Positions 61,190-64,000 of a stretch of 64,000 nt of DNA are shown piece after piece. Position numbers and translations under genes: made by a program. The number at the start of each line of letters is the position of its first letter. The stretch's first letter is position 1. Location of the stretch: the NCBI GenBank assembly GCA_043228905.1, contig JBHGNT010000004.1:7192001-7256000 (forward strand), given 5' to 3'. Under the pieces are notes generated by a model, which saw only the letters and a list, made by a program, of their open reading frames with translations, was not told where the DNA came from and made no database searches. Origin of the DNA: Azolla caroliniana (Eukaryota > Plantae > Polypodiophyta).

Positions 61190-62833
61190 TTTTTTTTTCC
61201 AAAATGAAGCTACTTTCCCATTAGTTAGGAAGGATTATTACAAAAAGACTGTACACAAGGCTTATATACAAATCGGGAAATCTCCCTCCGAACAAGTACA
61301 AGAAAATGAGATTAGTTACTTAGCATAACGGGTTGACTACTCAATATAAGCAGATACCTAGGACCACTTCCTCCTTGTGTCACCATAGGCGTGTTCCGCC
61401 ATTTTTGCCAAAAGCGCAAACGGGCAGTGACCACATCGTTGGACTAGCTGCAAACCTCGTCCAACTGCCCTTGTAGGCAGCTGATAAGAGCAAACCATAT
61501 GTCCATGATCACTTCCTCCGGGGGTTGCACCAGATCCTGAAAAACCTTCAGGCAACGCACTTTCCATATATACCACATGGTGAAGCCTGCGATCAACATC
61601 CAAATTTCCGAGAACCTAGGGGATGCGGACTGCAAGCCTCTTCCATAACGAATCTTGGCGATTTTGCCTCCAATGCATACATAGCACCAGCTATCCGCAT
61701 TGAAGGCGTCCGTCCACCTATCGTCGGAGTGATCAATCCATGCCGCAATACTCCACGATGCAGTTCCTTCCACTTCACAAGCCACAAGGAGGCGAGTCAC
61801 TCTATCCCATACCTTTTGAGCTTGAGAGCAATCCCATAGACAGTGCCTCAGAGTCTCAATAGGTGAAGGGCAAAGTGGGTAGCCTAACGGGCCGCCATGT
61901 TTACCTAACCATTCGCCAATGGGAACCACATTATGATTGATCTGCCACCAAAAAAACTTGATATTTTCAGGCATGTGGAGACGCCAGAGACCTTTCCAAA
62001 AAGTAATCAGCACCTCATCAGGGATGCCCAATGTACGCCAGCCATTGCGTAAGGGGCCATCTAGCTGCAATTGTAAAGTCCGACCCAATTTAGTGCTGTA
62101 CTCGAAGAAATGGCGAAGTCTGCCATCCTGTTTCCTCCTGAAATCCCCTGGGTCCCATTCTAGCTTGATGAGGGGACAACCACCATATACCCATAACTTC
62201 CAATGGGGTTCCACCTTAGCAACATTCGGGTCTGTTTTCCAGATGTTACCAACCTGCGCCACCACGCGGATTGGGTGCCAAGAGCCCCTACTCTAACTCT
62301 CCCCAAAAATTGTATCTCGTCCCGATCCACTCACACCCTTCAGCAACTTAACCACACCAGTCTCATTAAAGAGACCGAACCATGTATCTTCTCTCACCTC
62401 CCCCATCGAGACCCTATCAAGTGCCTCAACTATCAACATCCGCATTTTCATGGCTCCTTTGAGGGGAGGGAAAGGGACCTCCTGGTCCCCTCCTGGTCCC
62501 CTCCTGAAGCCACCGTGCGTCTCCAATCATCTATAGAGAGGAGCCCTGTTTGCGCCAACTTTCCCCAGGCTAGGCCCTTAAGCTGCCCTAACATCATGTC
62601 ACCACTTGACCGCACTTGAGGGTTCCAAAATAATGGCTGTCTAGCCCACTCGACTAGTGTCTCTGGCGTGTGCTTGACCAAATGACGTCTTACGTGACAC
62701 CATGCTCACAAGATGGAGTTCGTGACCCGCTCCTCCGGTTGACAAGCCAACTTGGGAGGGACTCCACTCGTGCAACACCAATTCAAGGAATCCGGCCAAG
62801 GCCTACCATACTTGGGCGTCCCTGCTTGCAGCC
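61190..62833 (-). mobile_element. 5'-truncated L1-clade LINE (ORF2 C-terminus, zf-RVT)
   Basis: FWKGLWRLHMPENIKFFWWQINHNVVP...PLC...ETLRHCLWDC, poly(A) as T12 at 61187-61198, and TSD TATTTAACTTTGATTT at 61174-61189 and 62834-62849. Confidence 0.93.
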
Positions 62834-64000
62834 TATTTAACTTTGATTTATGTATAGCCCTGTATATATTATCATGTTATTTATGTATTAAAAACTTTTG
62901 TTTATGAATTTACTTTGCAAGGATACCCAAAAAAGCAAATCATTTGGAGGGTCTTATGGAAATACTGTCACTTGATCTATGATAAATCAAGAGTTTGTGG
63001 TGAAGAGGGGAGAAGGAGGAGGATGTAGGAAATAATGATGCTGAAAACATGAGGGAAGGTGACATTGCAAACATGAAGGTTCTTAGTTTAGTACCATATC
63101 AATTTAAAACTATTTTTGTATGAGTATGTGTATGCATGTGTGCATGTGTATTTGTATATGCATGTGCATGGTTGTGTTTGTATGCATGTATGAATGCATG
63201 CACACATGCGTTTACAACATTCTCTTGCATACTTTTTTTGCCATGTTACTTTGTGTATTTACTATTGTCATTTCACATGAAAGATGAGCTCTTTCGATCT
63301 TGAGAAACCTCATGTAGCTTCAAGAAGCGATTGACAATAGAGGCGAGAGTTTCCAATGACAATCGAACAAGAGTTTGTTGTGATTTATGCAAGCTTTTGT
63401 GCGAATGCAAGCTTGAATCCACATCTACCATGCTCTAAAAAAGAAAGAAGGTAGACCAATACAACATCTAAAGAGCTTATGCCATACCATTTGAATGTCG
63501 ACTGACCAACACTGAGGTGCACATAAAAAACACTTAATTTATTTTGTGATATCTTTGTTGGAAAGGCTGTAGATCTTGTTGATATGTGTTATATTAATGA
63601 TACTCTTAATCTGCTAACCCAAACATGAAGTTCCATTCTCTTGTTTCATTTCCAAATTTCTTTGTTATTCAAGGTGGCACGATAGCATAGGAACAATGGA
63701 AGAGATTGAAGCATATGTATATTTGGGCAAGAAATGACATATATGACTGTCCCGACCTTGAATAGCTCTTGCAATGTTGGAGTTTGCTTTGAAACTATAT
63801 GGAAGTAGGCTTTGTTAATTCAAGCTTCCGGAATTGATGGCTTGGAGAAAAGGGAGGTCATCGAGGCAAATATAGTAACACGAAAACCATGAGGCATGCA
63901 TCCATACACAATTATAAATATATATACATACATAGTTATCGGTTGCATATTATATGATGGACCACATAAGTTGATGTTATTATGCACGGGATCACTTAGG

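Overview
This is eukaryotic, plant-type heterochromatin: about 52 kb of nested LTR retrotransposons followed by about 12 kb of AT-rich low-complexity DNA. The element mix suggests a non-seed land plant (inference). I found no intact host gene, rRNA, tRNA or CRISPR array. The standout is a complete, very young chromodomain Ty3/gypsy element (3800-9529; TSD TCACG; 453-bp LTRs with one mismatch). Its sequence shows a 10-unit heat-shock-element array next to the TATA box, a Tf1-style self-priming site instead of a tRNA PBS, a G_UUA_AAC + hairpin -1 frameshift signal and 12 TAGTACTA palindromes. It is inserted in the ~960-codon extra coiled-coil ORF of an Athila-like element. Two diverged copies of a non-chromoviral gypsy family have an atypical D-H-x protease motif and a structurally conserved -1 frameshift pseudoknot between PR and RT; the better-preserved copy has a tRNA-Trp PBS. 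Several Tork/Tnt1-like copia elements are nested in each other. They carry variable 54-bp U3 arrays, strong CCGG enrichment and one apparent capsid swap. The tail holds a GRP7/8-like retropseudogene and a 5'-truncated LINE with TSD. All coordinates and counts were made by hand; family names are motif-based and not database-verified.
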